A stretch of 64,000 bases of DNA from Neocallimastix sp. 'constans' (GCA_050613775.1 JBODTK010000151.1:124001-188000), one strand, 5' to 3'. Counted from the stretch's first letter, positions 26,770-38,221 are shown. The notes: generated by a model from the letters alone, not told the origin. Made by a program: numbers and translations.

Positions 26770-27732
26770 TCAATATTTCATATCAGATATTTTTATATTT
26801 TGTGATTGATAAGGAAATGGTTTTTTCAATGGAGAAGATGGACTACCATAAGTTGGATTAATCTTATGATTTTGTGGGGGAATACTTTGAGTAATATCAG
26901 CCGTTTGATATTGATTTAATGAATTTTGATAAGAATGACCATCAGAATTGAACTTTTCTTGATATACGGGTCCTTGATAACTATGTCTATAAGGACGATT
27001 CATATTAACATTTGAAATGTTAGAACTTCCTTGATAACTATTTCTATATGGACTATTTATATTAGTTTGAACATTACTAGAGTCATTATTAGATATAGCA
27101 TTTTGATGATATTTTGCGTTCATATAATAATTATAATTATTTAAGGCTTCAGAATTATTAGCATAATTATTACATATATCATCAAAATAAGGGAAAGGTG
27201 CAGAATTTTTATCAACATGACTAGTACCATAAATTATACTAATACTTGGCTTAATGTCATTAAAATCTAACTCTTCTTTCTCCTTTTTTTCTTTACTTTT
27301 CTTGATAATGAAAAATATACCACAAAGAATAATAATAATTAAAACAATTGAAGCACTTATTATACCAATAATAGCAGTAGGACTTAAATCATCCTTGGGA
27401 TTAAAAATAACTTCATTATTCGGTAAAACTGTTGATTCAATTGAACTGGTAGGAATATTATAATATGTACTTGTAGCTGTTTCCTCAATATAAGTATGTT
27501 CTTGATAACTAGTAGTTTTAGTAGTAGTATAATATACAGAAGTCTCAATTGTATTAGTTGTATTATAGTTTTCATTTTTATGATCATCTTGATATGGATC
27601 AGGATCTTTATTATTGTCATTATTATCCAAATTATTCAATCCATTGTCACCAGTGTCGGTATTTGGATTTAGGTCTTTATTACTACTATCTTTATGTTCT
27701 TCATTTGATGAACTTCTTTTTAATATATCCAT
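26770..27732 (-). CDS. Single-pass membrane protein, 320 aa
   Basis: Starts MDILKRSS; N/D-rich then T/S/Y-rich stalk; TM AIIGIISASIVLIIIILCGIFFII then KKSKEKK; N/Y/Q/P-rich tail with a PYR(N/H)SYQG repeat. Confidence 0.85.
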   Translation of the reverse strand: MDILKRSSSNEEHKDSSNKDLNPNTDTGDNGLNNLDNNDNNKDPDPYQDDHKNENYNTTNTIETSVYYTTTKTTSYQEHTYIEETATSTYYNIPTSSIESTVLPNNEVIFNPKDDLSPTAIIGIISASIVLIIIILCGIFFIIKKSKEKKEKEELDFNDIKPSISIIYGTSHVDKNSAPFPYFDDICNNYANNSEALNNYNYYMNAKYHQNAISNNDSSNVQTNINSPYRNSYQGSSNISNVNMNRPYRHSYQGPVYQEKFNSDGHSYQNSLNQYQTADITQSIPPQNHKINPTYGSPSSPLKKPFPYQSQNIKISDMKY

Positions 27733-28354
27733 ATTGAATTCAAATTATTAATTTATTTATATTTCGTTTATTCTTATATTTATTATCAGAATAATATTAA
27801 TTCTTATAATTATTATATATATAATATTTTTTTGGCTGTATATTCAAAGTATTACTGATTATTAATACTATTAAAATATATTTATTATTAATATAATTCA
27901 AAATTCATGAGTCACCTTTTTTATTATTTATAATCAATATTTATTATAATTGTAATTACTAATATCAATTTTTATATTATTAATATTAATATATATCGTT
28001 TTAATAAATTTTTATTTGTAATATTTTTTTTTTAAAGAAAAAAAAAAATTGAACAAAAAATAATGAAAATATATATATACATTTTAAGGCAATCCATTTT
28101 TTATTTTTTATGGTGTATAATTAATATAATTTATAAATTTGGTAATTTATTAAATTAAATTATTACTTGCATAAAATTAAAATAATTAATATATTATACA
28201 TCATACTACCATATTCATATATTAATTTTTAATAATTTTATTGATTATTATGAAACCAATTATACATTTTATATAATTTTTAATTTTAATGATTAATTTT
28301 TAATAATAATAATAATAAAAATTTTATTACTATTATTATTATTATTATTACTAC

Positions 28355-28387
<33 letters not shown>

Positions 28388-28393
<6 letters not shown>

Positions 28394-28727
28394 AGTAATT
28401 TATTTAGTTATTAATAATTTATACATTTATTTATTTATTAAAAAATTACTTATTGACGAAAGTCGCGAATTTTCGTCTATAAAATAAACAATTATTTTTA
28501 TATAAACTATATAACTATTTCACGTGAATAAACAAGAATAAAGAAACTATTTACATGCGCATGATAAATCTAATGATTTACATTTAACTATGTATTAACA
28601 TAAATAATGTTAATTTACATTTTAAGTTTAGTTTTTTACATAAATATTTATGATTTATATTTTCTATTATTTAATTATAAACCTAAATTATTAAGTTTAT
28701 TTATTTATATTATTTAATACTTTAACA
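28388..28727 (-). repeat. 3' LTR (340 bp)
   Basis: Appears identical to 34210-34549. Element strand reads TGTTAAAGTA...TACTTTAATA. Confidence 0.95.
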
Positions 28728-28739
28728 CTCCCCCTCAAA

Positions 28740-31700
28740 TCAGTTTTCATTTGTAATGAAAATTTGATTTGCAAAGGTTGTCATTTTAGTACCATTTACA
28801 CATTTTGTTAATGTGTCAGCTAGCATTTTATCAGTACTGATATATTTTAATTTAATTAAATTTTTCTCAATATTGTCTCTATTAAAGTGATATTTAATTG
28901 AAATATGTTTTAATTTTGGATTTAATTCTCCATTTTCCATTGAAATTTTACTTGCATTATTGTCTGTGAATAATGTTAGTGGTTTATTAAATTTGAGTAA
29001 TTCGTATAATATATTTTTAATTCTTAATAATTTCTTGATACATACTGACGCACTTATGTATTCAGCTTCTGCTGTTGATGTGGCGACAACTGACTGTTTT
29101 TTCGAGGTCCAGGATATTGGATTATCTCCCATTAAGATAATATTACCAGATGTTGATTTTCTGTCAGTAACGTCACCAGCGAAGTCTGAATCTGTGTAAC
29201 CTACAATGTTACCAGTGCCATCATATTTAATTTTGTAATTTTTGGTATTTTTTAAATATTGTAATATTGCAATAACTTTGTGCCAGTCAGATACTGTTGG
29301 ATTTTCTGAATTTCTGGCAGCTTTGTTGACTGAAAATGCAATGTCGGGTCTGGTACATTTTGATAAATAAATTAACATACCAATTGCACTTTTATATTTT
29401 GTTTTGTTGAATGGTTGGTTATTTTCTGATATTGTATTATCACCAACACATGGTGTTTTTCTTAGTCTTTTGTTATTGATATTAAATGTTTTTAAAATAT
29501 TTTCTATAAATTGTGTTTGAGATAATGTATAAGTGTTATTTCTATTTTCAACTTTAATTCCCAATAAGTAGTCTATTGGACCAGATTTTGAGATCTTGAA
29601 TTTGTTTTTAATTTTATTGAAGATTTTGTTAATTTCTTCCTTTTCTCCAGTAACAATCATATCGTCTACGTATAAGCCAATTATACAGACTAATTTTCCA
29701 TTTACGATTTTCTTAAAAACGCAACTTTCAGATTTTAGTTGCTCCATTCCTTGTTCAATTAAAAATTTAGAGATGGTATTATACCATTGTCGGCCAGATT
29801 GTTTTAAACCGTATAATGCTTTGTTCAATTTCCAATATCCCCTCCCAAAGTTAGGATCTCCAGGGGGAATTTTGACATAGATATCTTTGTCTAAATCCGC
29901 GTTGAGATACGCAGCTTTGATATCTAATTGGAGAATGTCCCATTTAAATTTAGCAGCTAAGGAGATAAGAAGTTTTAAACAATCGAAATTAAGGGTAGGA
30001 GAGAAAGTCAACTCATAATCAATGCCATATTTTTGAGAGAAACCTTTAGCGACAAAACGAGCTTTATGTTTAATAATATGGCCAAGACCATCAGTCTTAA
30101 GAGCGTAGACCCATTTGGAAGGAATGGGTTTCTTACCATCTGGAATATTGTTCACAAAAGTCATAATTTTATTAGTATAAAGATTATCCAGTTCGTTATC
30201 CATAGCTTTTTCCCATAGAACGTGGTCTTTATAATTTGTGGCTTGGAAAAATGATTGGGGCACAAAATTGTCCAAAGTAGCAATAATTTTTGAATTAAAG
30301 TTTGATCTACGAAATTTTTGTGATTGGGAAGGTGTTAAATCGTCCGAAAGTGACCTTCCGTGTTTTTTAAAATTAAACTGTTTTTTAATATGTAAATAAT
30401 TATTTTTCTTAATTTTAAAATGATTATTTGAAAATAAATAATCAATATTTCCATTTTCAAAATTTTTATTATTTTTGAAATGAAAATTGCTCCTAAGATG
30501 AGGTAAATTAATTCTATTGAATGAATTTGTATTAAAAGAATTTTGGTTATCTATATGTAGTTCTTTAACACTTCTTCTGCCATTAAAAGGGAACTTTTTG
30601 TCGATGTAAGAAGAGATAATATTATTTCTATTAAACATAGTATTTTCTTGAGAAGAAGAAGGAAAATTATAATAATTTGGGTTTGAAAAATTTTTGGATT
30701 TAGATATATTATCAGTAGTACTGGTAGATATATTATTTTTAATATTTGTTTCAGAAAAATTTTTATTAAAATTTTCTTTAATTATATTAGATTTATTTGA
30801 AGACATATTGGTTTGTTCATTAACTTTTCCTTGATTATTGGATTTCTTATTAAATAAGGTTTTGTCGTTAATATCAAAAAATTTTTCTTCATCAGTAATT
30901 TTATTATTATTTTGAGTTTTAGAATTTTTAACCTTATTTATATTTGAATTTTCAGAAAAATTTTTCTCTTGATTAGAATTATTATTCGATAAGGTTTCAT
31001 TAAAATTTTTGTTTTTGTTTATTGAATTTTCTTCATTTTTTGAAAAATTTTTATTATCAGAAAAATTTTCATCAGAATGATTTTTGAAATTTTCTTGATT
31101 TTTGTAGTTTTGGGTCTCTTCTTCTGCGATTTTTATTTCTTTGTCCTTACCAATATTATTATTGATATTGGTATCGTTAGAATCCTCAGTCTCTGGGCTT
31201 TTCCCTTTATCTCTTTTAGGGGAATTGTCCTTATTTAAATTTTCTTGTAAATCATCATTGTTTGTGATAGGTAATGATGAATAATTTTCTTTGGTATTTT
31301 TGCTATTTTCTTTGTTGTTGTTATTAAATTTATTTTCAGAAGGTTTACTACTATGGTTACCAGCTTTATGATTTTCTCCACCAGATGAGTCTGGTAAATT
31401 CTTCGAAAAATAAAAATCAAAAGTAAGAAATTCCTGATCACCATATTGATTTGATTTATTGTTTGCTAATTTTACATTAGCAGGAGTATCTTCTAAACAG
31501 TAAATTTCTCTACAATAATGAATTGAATTATCATTGAAATCCATAATAATATAGCTATTAGTTTTTTCACTAAATCCAAGAAAAATTCCTTTCTTAGAAT
31601 TAGGTGAAAATTTGGATTTATTTTGGCTTCTGTCAATATAGAAGGTGATACAACCGAATACCTTGATGTGATTAATTTTTACTTTGTTTTTGTAGAATAT

Positions 31701-34022
31701 TTCATCTGGAATTTTGTTATGAATTCCAGAATGAGGAACTTTGTTGTATATATAGTTAGCGTATAATATCGCAAAGTCCCAGAAGTTTTCACTAAGTCCA
31801 CTCCAATATAACAAGGTTTTCGCGCAGGAAACAATAGTAAGATTAAATCTTTCACATAGTCCATTATTTTCAGGATTATACGGAGGAGAGAATACTTTTT
31901 CAATTCCATTTTCATTGCAAAAGGAATCAATTTTCTTGTTTTTATATTCCTTTGCGTTATCCGATTTAAAAACTTTAATTTTATGATCCTTATATTTATT
32001 ATTAAGCATTCTTAAGGTATTGATAATAATATCAGTAGCTTCTGATTTACTCTTCATTATAAAAACCCATGATTTTCTAGAAGCTTCATCTAAGATAGTA
32101 AGAATGAACCTTTTTCCAGTATAAGATGTGTTAATAGGACCAATAATATCTGAATGTATAACTTCTAAGATCTCTTTAGCTCTAGGAGGAGTTTTATTGT
32201 GTGGATTGCGTTTCATTTTCGCAATTTTGCAATCATCACACTTATCTAAGTTAATTTCATGATTATTTAGATAATTCTTCAAATCTTCTTGGTAGAAATG
32301 ACCAAGCCGTCGATGCCAAGTTAACTCTTCAGCATTCCGAAAATTTTGGATTGCCATAAGATTATTTTTATTATTTCTTTCATTTTCAATATTGAAATGA
32401 GTAACTACAATTTTAACTTCATTGTTATTATTAGCTTGGAATGTGGCAATAATATTATAATTGTTATCTAAAATTCTGAGGATAATATTATTGTGTTTAT
32501 CCTTTTCTGTCAAGGTTTTAACATCTTGTTTTGCCCATTCTATTCCACTAATAATATTTTTAGCTACTTCTTTTGAATATAATACTTTGTTAAATTTAAA
32601 ATGATAATTATTAATAGTAAATTCAAATTCACCATGGCCTTCAAAATAGCAATAAGTATTATTTGCACATCTTAACTTTATTTTTTCTTTTTTAAAATTT
32701 TTAAGCAGACTTAGATCATTAGTTATATGTTCACCAGCACCTGAATCATATAACCATTCTGATGTTTCTTTTTTATTGTAATTAATATTAAAAATTTCAT
32801 TTGTATTATTTGTATTTATTTCCTTTTTATTAATATTATTTATAAAAATTTCATTAGCTAAATTTAATTTATTTTCTACTCGTGTTATTATATTATTTTT
32901 AATTAAAACTTCATTTTTAACGTCTTCTTTATCATAATTTATGAAACAATTTGATTTTTCAGATTCTTGATATTCATCTGAATCATCATCATCCACATAT
33001 TTTCCTTTGCTTTTAGGATTATAATATTTATAAAACATTGGCTTTATATCATCATAAGATATATTTTCATTATATTCATCATTTAAATTAATATATCTTA
33101 TGGGTCTTTCATTATGCCAATTATTATGAGTGTGATAATTATTTAATTTTTGTTCATTTTGAATGTAGTATTTATTGTATAATCCATTTGGGTTTCTTGG
33201 ATTATACCTACATTCTTTGGTAGAATGACCCCTCCTTTCACAGATTTCGCAGTATTTATTATTATTGTTATATTTATTATTATTAAATTTTTCTTTGTTG
33301 TTTTGTTTACTTGGATTTCCTTTTTTTGAAAAATTTTTATTATTGTTCTTGTTTTTTAAATTTTTCCTATTCTTGTATCCAAGTTTCCCAGCATAGTCGA
33401 TGTCCATTGGATCATATGGTCGTTGGTCTTTATCTGTTTGTTCATCGACATATAACCAGGTGTTTATATCTTTTACTATAGTTGTTTTTAATTCTTCGGC
33501 TGTTTCATTACCATTTAAAGTTAATTTCATTTTATAACTTTTTGGTAATGCTCTTAATAAATATTTTACTTTTTCTTTTTCGGAGATAATATTTCCGGAG
33601 GAGTTCATGCCATTAAATAATTTAAAGATTTCCTTAATAGCTGAAGGTATTTCTGTTTCCTTTTCAGCTTTGACATTTTTAAGTTTACTAATCCATTGAG
33701 TCATGTCATTCTCACTTAATTTGTATTCTTCTCTTAGATAATTTATTATGGCATATGGAGTGTTCATGCCAATAATATCTTCATGGATTTTGGAATTTAT
33801 GGTATTTTTAATAATATAACGGACTTTTGTGTTCGTTTTCTTGATTTCCTTTATTTCTTCTTCCTTTTTGGTATTGTCCCTTTTGGCTTCTTCCAATATA
33901 TCTTTAGTTAGATATTCAGCTAAGTCATCTTTCTCCAATATGTCCGTTAAATTATCATACCATATATTAAAATTTTTGCCATTCAATATGGCTTCCTTTT
34001 TGAACGGGATAAAATCACTCAT
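28740..34022 (-). CDS. Copia Gag-Pol polyprotein (Gag, PR, IN, RT, RNase H)
   Basis: 1760 aa. Zinc knuckle CEICERRGHSTKEC, protease WLYDSGAGEH, integrase WHRRLGH..CDDC / HSD..SDN..E, RT LDIKAAYL..LYGLKQS..YVDD, RNase H YTDSDFAG..EAEY..ADTLTK. IN precedes RT, which is the copia order. Confidence 0.98.
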   Translation of the reverse strand: MSDFIPFKKEAILNGKNFNIWYDNLTDILEKDDLAEYLTKDILEEAKRDNTKKEEEIKEIKKTNTKVRYIIKNTINSKIHEDIIGMNTPYAIINYLREEYKLSENDMTQWISKLKNVKAEKETEIPSAIKEIFKLFNGMNSSGNIISEKEKVKYLLRALPKSYKMKLTLNGNETAEELKTTIVKDINTWLYVDEQTDKDQRPYDPMDIDYAGKLGYKNRKNLKNKNNNKNFSKKGNPSKQNNKEKFNNNKYNNNNKYCEICERRGHSTKECRYNPRNPNGLYNKYYIQNEQKLNNYHTHNNWHNERPIRYINLNDEYNENISYDDIKPMFYKYYNPKSKGKYVDDDDSDEYQESEKSNCFINYDKEDVKNEVLIKNNIITRVENKLNLANEIFINNINKKEINTNNTNEIFNINYNKKETSEWLYDSGAGEHITNDLSLLKNFKKEKIKLRCANNTYCYFEGHGEFEFTINNYHFKFNKVLYSKEVAKNIISGIEWAKQDVKTLTEKDKHNNIILRILDNNYNIIATFQANNNNEVKIVVTHFNIENERNNKNNLMAIQNFRNAEELTWHRRLGHFYQEDLKNYLNNHEINLDKCDDCKIAKMKRNPHNKTPPRAKEILEVIHSDIIGPINTSYTGKRFILTILDEASRKSWVFIMKSKSEATDIIINTLRMLNNKYKDHKIKVFKSDNAKEYKNKKIDSFCNENGIEKVFSPPYNPENNGLCERFNLTIVSCAKTLLYWSGLSENFWDFAILYANYIYNKVPHSGIHNKIPDEIFYKNKVKINHIKVFGCITFYIDRSQNKSKFSPNSKKGIFLGFSEKTNSYIIMDFNDNSIHYCREIYCLEDTPANVKLANNKSNQYGDQEFLTFDFYFSKNLPDSSGGENHKAGNHSSKPSENKFNNNNKENSKNTKENYSSLPITNNDDLQENLNKDNSPKRDKGKSPETEDSNDTNINNNIGKDKEIKIAEEETQNYKNQENFKNHSDENFSDNKNFSKNEENSINKNKNFNETLSNNNSNQEKNFSENSNINKVKNSKTQNNNKITDEEKFFDINDKTLFNKKSNNQGKVNEQTNMSSNKSNIIKENFNKNFSETNIKNNISTSTTDNISKSKNFSNPNYYNFPSSSQENTMFNRNNIISSYIDKKFPFNGRRSVKELHIDNQNSFNTNSFNRINLPHLRSNFHFKNNKNFENGNIDYLFSNNHFKIKKNNYLHIKKQFNFKKHGRSLSDDLTPSQSQKFRRSNFNSKIIATLDNFVPQSFFQATNYKDHVLWEKAMDNELDNLYTNKIMTFVNNIPDGKKPIPSKWVYALKTDGLGHIIKHKARFVAKGFSQKYGIDYELTFSPTLNFDCLKLLISLAAKFKWDILQLDIKAAYLNADLDKDIYVKIPPGDPNFGRGYWKLNKALYGLKQSGRQWYNTISKFLIEQGMEQLKSESCVFKKIVNGKLVCIIGLYVDDMIVTGEKEEINKIFNKIKNKFKISKSGPIDYLLGIKVENRNNTYTLSQTQFIENILKTFNINNKRLRKTPCVGDNTISENNQPFNKTKYKSAIGMLIYLSKCTRPDIAFSVNKAARNSENPTVSDWHKVIAILQYLKNTKNYKIKYDGTGNIVGYTDSDFAGDVTDRKSTSGNIILMGDNPISWTSKKQSVVATSTAEAEYISASVCIKKLLRIKNILYELLKFNKPLTLFTDNNASKISMENGELNPKLKHISIKYHFNRDNIEKNLIKLKYISTDKMLADTLTKCVNGTKMTTFANQIFITNEN

Positions 34023-34194
34023 TTAATTGATTTTTAATTTAATAATTAATATTATTATATATTTGGGTTTTAAGAAGATTATTTTGTGTTTTTATTATGT
34101 AATTTTATTAATATTTTATTTAATTAATATTTTATTTTAATAAAGATATTTTATATTATTTTATCAATATTATATGAGAATGTTAAGAGTACAG

Positions 34195-34209
34195 ATGAGA
34201 CTCTTAATC
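34195..34209 (-). other. Primer-binding site complementary to the tRNA-Lys(CUU) anticodon arm
   Basis: Element strand immediately after the 5' LTR is GATTAAGAGTCTCAT. Its complement ATGAGACTCTTAATC matches the eukaryotic tRNA-Lys(CUU) segment GCATGAGACTCTTAATCTCA as I recall it. No TGG start. Confidence 0.75.
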
Positions 34210-34549
34210 TATTAAAGTAATTTATTTAGTTATTAATAATTTATACATTTATTTATTTATTAAAAAATTACTTATTGACGAAAGTCGCGAATTTTCGTCT
34301 ATAAAATAAACAATTATTTTTATATAAACTATATAACTATTTCACGTGAATAAACAAGAATAAAGAAACTATTTACATGCGCATGATAAATCTAATGATT
34401 TACATTTAACTATGTATTAACATAAATAATGTTAATTTACATTTTAAGTTTAGTTTTTTACATAAATATTTATGATTTATATTTTCTATTATTTAATTAT
34501 AAACCTAAATTATTAAGTTTATTTATTTATATTATTTAATACTTTAACA
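34210..34549 (-). repeat. 5' LTR (340 bp)
   Basis: Direct repeat of 28388-28727. Confidence 0.95.
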
Positions 34550-34806
<257 letters not shown>

Positions 34807-36627
34807 TCATAATAGATATTATATGATTAGATAAAAAAAAAATTTTTTTAATTAAAAATATGAATCAATTTAATAATATATACTAATGTTTAAAAAAAAT
34901 AATAAAGTTTAATTAAATATATGAAAAAAATAAATGTACAAGAAGATGCATTAATCTTTTATTAAGTAAAAAAAAAATATATATATTTTATTTTTATTTA
35001 GATATATTAATTTATAAAAGAAAGTTCGTACTTTTCTGCCTTGAATCATATTTCTAATTCATAAAGAATTTAAAAAGTTTAAAAATACAAACCTTCAACA
35101 ATTGATTGATATGTATAATAATTATATGTGTATCATATATATCTATGATTAAAGTAATATTTTTTTTTCTGTCATTACAATTTTTTATTGAATATACTAA
35201 TATTAATATATCGATTATTAAATAAAAAAAAAAAATTAAAAAATAAAATAAAAATAGAAATGGCAATGTTCTTTTTGAATTAAATATATAAATATATAAT
35301 TTTGTGTTTTTATAATTATATACAATCTATATATATATACATATATACATATATACATATATATATATATATATTTTTTTTTTATTATTTTATTTCTAAT
35401 TTTTTTTAAATTATACCATAATTAATAATGAACAGAATAAAATGAAGATACAATTATTTGTTCATATTATAAATAAAAAAATAAAGAGTTTAATTAAACA
35501 TATTATTATATAATAATACATAATATTATTGAATATTTATTATAATAATATAATTAATAAATCAAATAAAATTTGAGAAAAAAATATATATATAGATCTA
35601 TATATATATAAAATAAAATTCTTTCAATGTATATAAATACAATGATAAACCATAAATTTTATACATTAAATGCCATTTGATTGAGGAATTTTTCATTATA
35701 ATAATTACATATCTAGAAGAAATAGTCCTTTTTTTATTTTATTTTATTTCATTTTATCTTTTTTTATTTTTTATTTTTTTGATTAAATTATAAATTTTAT
35801 TAGATCTTTGTCATGACTTCATTAGTAAATTTGTGTCTTCCAAAAATTATTAAATAAAAATAAAAAAATGTACAAAATTTTTACTCAAAACCAAAATAGT
35901 ATCTAAGATATATTTATGTGTTTAGTACAAAATAATAAATATTCACATATACATATTTAAAAAAATATTAAGAAGAAATTTTTAAAAATCGATTATTATG
36001 TGTATAATGTAAATACATATAAATATTAAAAATATAAAAATTATATTAATTATAAACTTTTATTTTTAAAAATAAGAATCATAAAATATTTTTTGTCTAT
36101 TAGTTATTATTTAAAAGTAGAACAAATAAAATAAAATATAAATAATATTTTTGTTTTATGAGATATAAATCAAAAAAGCAAAAATTCCTTTTTTTTTTTA
36201 AGGAACTACACAGCATATGAAAAGAATAGATTATTCTCTCTTATAAAATTTAGATATTTTTATGTTCTTTTTTTAATTATTTGAGCTTATTTTTACGAAA
36301 AAATTTTTAAACTTTCATTCTTTTATACTTTTTCATATTAAATGATTACTGAATAATATATTCATTTATTATATAAATGAATATTATAGAATTACAATTA
36401 TAATTATATATATATAAACAAAAAAAAATTAATTATTAATATTTGTTTTTATTTTAAGATTGTAAGGGAAAGAGTAAACACGATAGGTCGGTATACAAAA
36501 GAGAGAAAAATAAAATACGTTTATAAAAATAAGTTCTATAAATATTTAAAATAATTAATAATTAATATTAATCAACCGATGTATTATAATACCTATTTTG
36601 CAGAAAATATTTATTTTCTACAAAATA

Positions 36628-36692
36628 GGTGTGAGTCGAACCCATGAAACAATGGTCATGGTCAAGGTAACTAACCATTAGACCAAGGTTCT
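36628..36692 (-). other. tRNA-like (pseudo-tRNA or SINE-head) sequence
   Basis: Minus strand AACCTTGGTCTAATGGTTAGTTACCTTG...GGGTTCGACTCACACC contains A-box and B-box matches and shares TGGTTAGTTACCT with SINE copy A. No clean cloverleaf. Confidence 0.5.
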
Positions 36693-37010
36693 AACTTTAC
36701 TAACTGAAGACTTCGTTACATGGTCTGATTCGAGAATTCGGATACCAGAAGAATCTAACAGTTTGGCTAAAATAAAATTAAAATAAAAATAAAAATAATC
36801 AACTGTTTTATAGTATGAAATTATATATAAAATTACATGATACTAATAAAGTTACACGAATAAAATATATAATAATACATGAATATTGATAATACTTAAT
36901 AGTACTTATATTGGATAAATGATTAAAATTTATGCAAGTTTGATATTAATAAAAGTTTTTATTAATTATTCATTTTTAGATTTGATTTTAATTATTTATG
37001 CTAAATTCTT

Positions 37011-37930
37011 CTAAAGGTTCAAAGAAGTTAAAAATTGTTTCAGCCTCTTAAGATGCTTCAGATAATGGATATTCTTTCTATTTAATAAGATATCATGTTT
37101 TCTTTTATCTAAAATTTTTTCAACTTCGTATTTTTCTTCATCATTTACAATTATAGGAGGATATGGTTTTTGTTTTCTTCTAAAATGATCTTCAAAACAT
37201 TGTTTAAATTCTGAAACATGAATAACTGGATATATCTTAATATTCTTTGGTAATTCAAATTTATAAGATACTGATAAATTTTTTTTAATAATTTTGTTTG
37301 GACCAAGTTTTCTAGGCTTTAATTTTTTTATCGTTATAAATAATAAGTGAGCTCTTAATCCATACTTTATCACCTAATTTGAAATTAAGCGAATTCCTTT
37401 TGTTTCTTTATTGCTTGTTGTAAATTTTTTTTAAGCATTTTTGTTAATTTGACAAAGTTTTGAATAAATTTGTCGGCCCAAGGAACATCGGTATTACTTG
37501 GAATTTTAAGAATGCTATAATATGTAATAAAGGGTGAAAAATTCGTTGAATCTTGAATTGAGTTATCATAATTGAATTCCGAAAGATATAAAAAATTATT
37601 CCAGTCTGTATCTTTGAAGTTAGTATAATATTTTAAGTATTTTTCAATAATGGAGTTCACCCTCTCCGTTAAACCATTAGTCTTCCGATGAAATAGAATG
37701 GGGATGTAGGGTTCATGGTAATGTTAAGGGAAGAACAAATAGCTTTTCAAAACTTTGAAGCAAATTGAGTTCTACGATCTGAAAAGATAGTAAAAGGAAT
37801 AGAATTATCTTTACAAGGATGTCGCCAATGTTCAATAACAGAGTAAATGGCTAAAAGTTCTTCGTCATATATGATGTTGTTCTTTTCGGTAGGAAAAAGT
37901 GATCTTGCAAAGAAAGCAACAAAATAAATT
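37011..37930 (-). mobile_element. Degenerate Ty3/gypsy chromovirus pol fragment (RNase H, integrase, chromodomain)
   Basis: YDEELLAIYSVIEHWRH (RNase H), IFSDRRTQFASKF and TNGLTERVNSIIEKYL (integrase), YKFELP..IYPVIHVSE (GPY/F region), KYEVEKILDKRK (chromodomain start). Contains stops and frameshifts. Confidence 0.88.
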
Positions 37931-38221
37931 CTATTATCTTTAAGATATTTCTGTGAAAGTGGAGTGCCAATTGCAAAGCTACTGAAGACTTTGTTATAAT
38001 TATTGAATGCAACTCATATCCTGATAAAAGCGAACATTCCAATATCTTGGATAGTATTTCTATTGATATTGACGAGAATTATTCATCTGATATTTCTGTT
38101 GATTCTGTCGACTCTTATTGAATCATTTTATTATACTGATGATGTTATTTTTAAAGATGTTATGTCCGACTATCATTCAACAGATAATTACATTAACCAA
38201 GATACACCTATGAATGACACT

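Larger units (their letters stand above)
28388..34549 (-). mobile_element. Full-length Ty1/copia LTR retrotransposon, 6162 bp
   Basis: Two 340-bp LTRs, a single gag-pol ORF, PPT GAGGGGGAG abutting the 3' LTR, and ATTAT on both flanks (28383-28387, 34550-34554) within an (ATT)n tract. Confidence 0.97.

Noticed and set aside
36628..36692. Functional tRNA gene
   Set aside because: A and B boxes are present, but the acceptor and anticodon stems do not pair properly.
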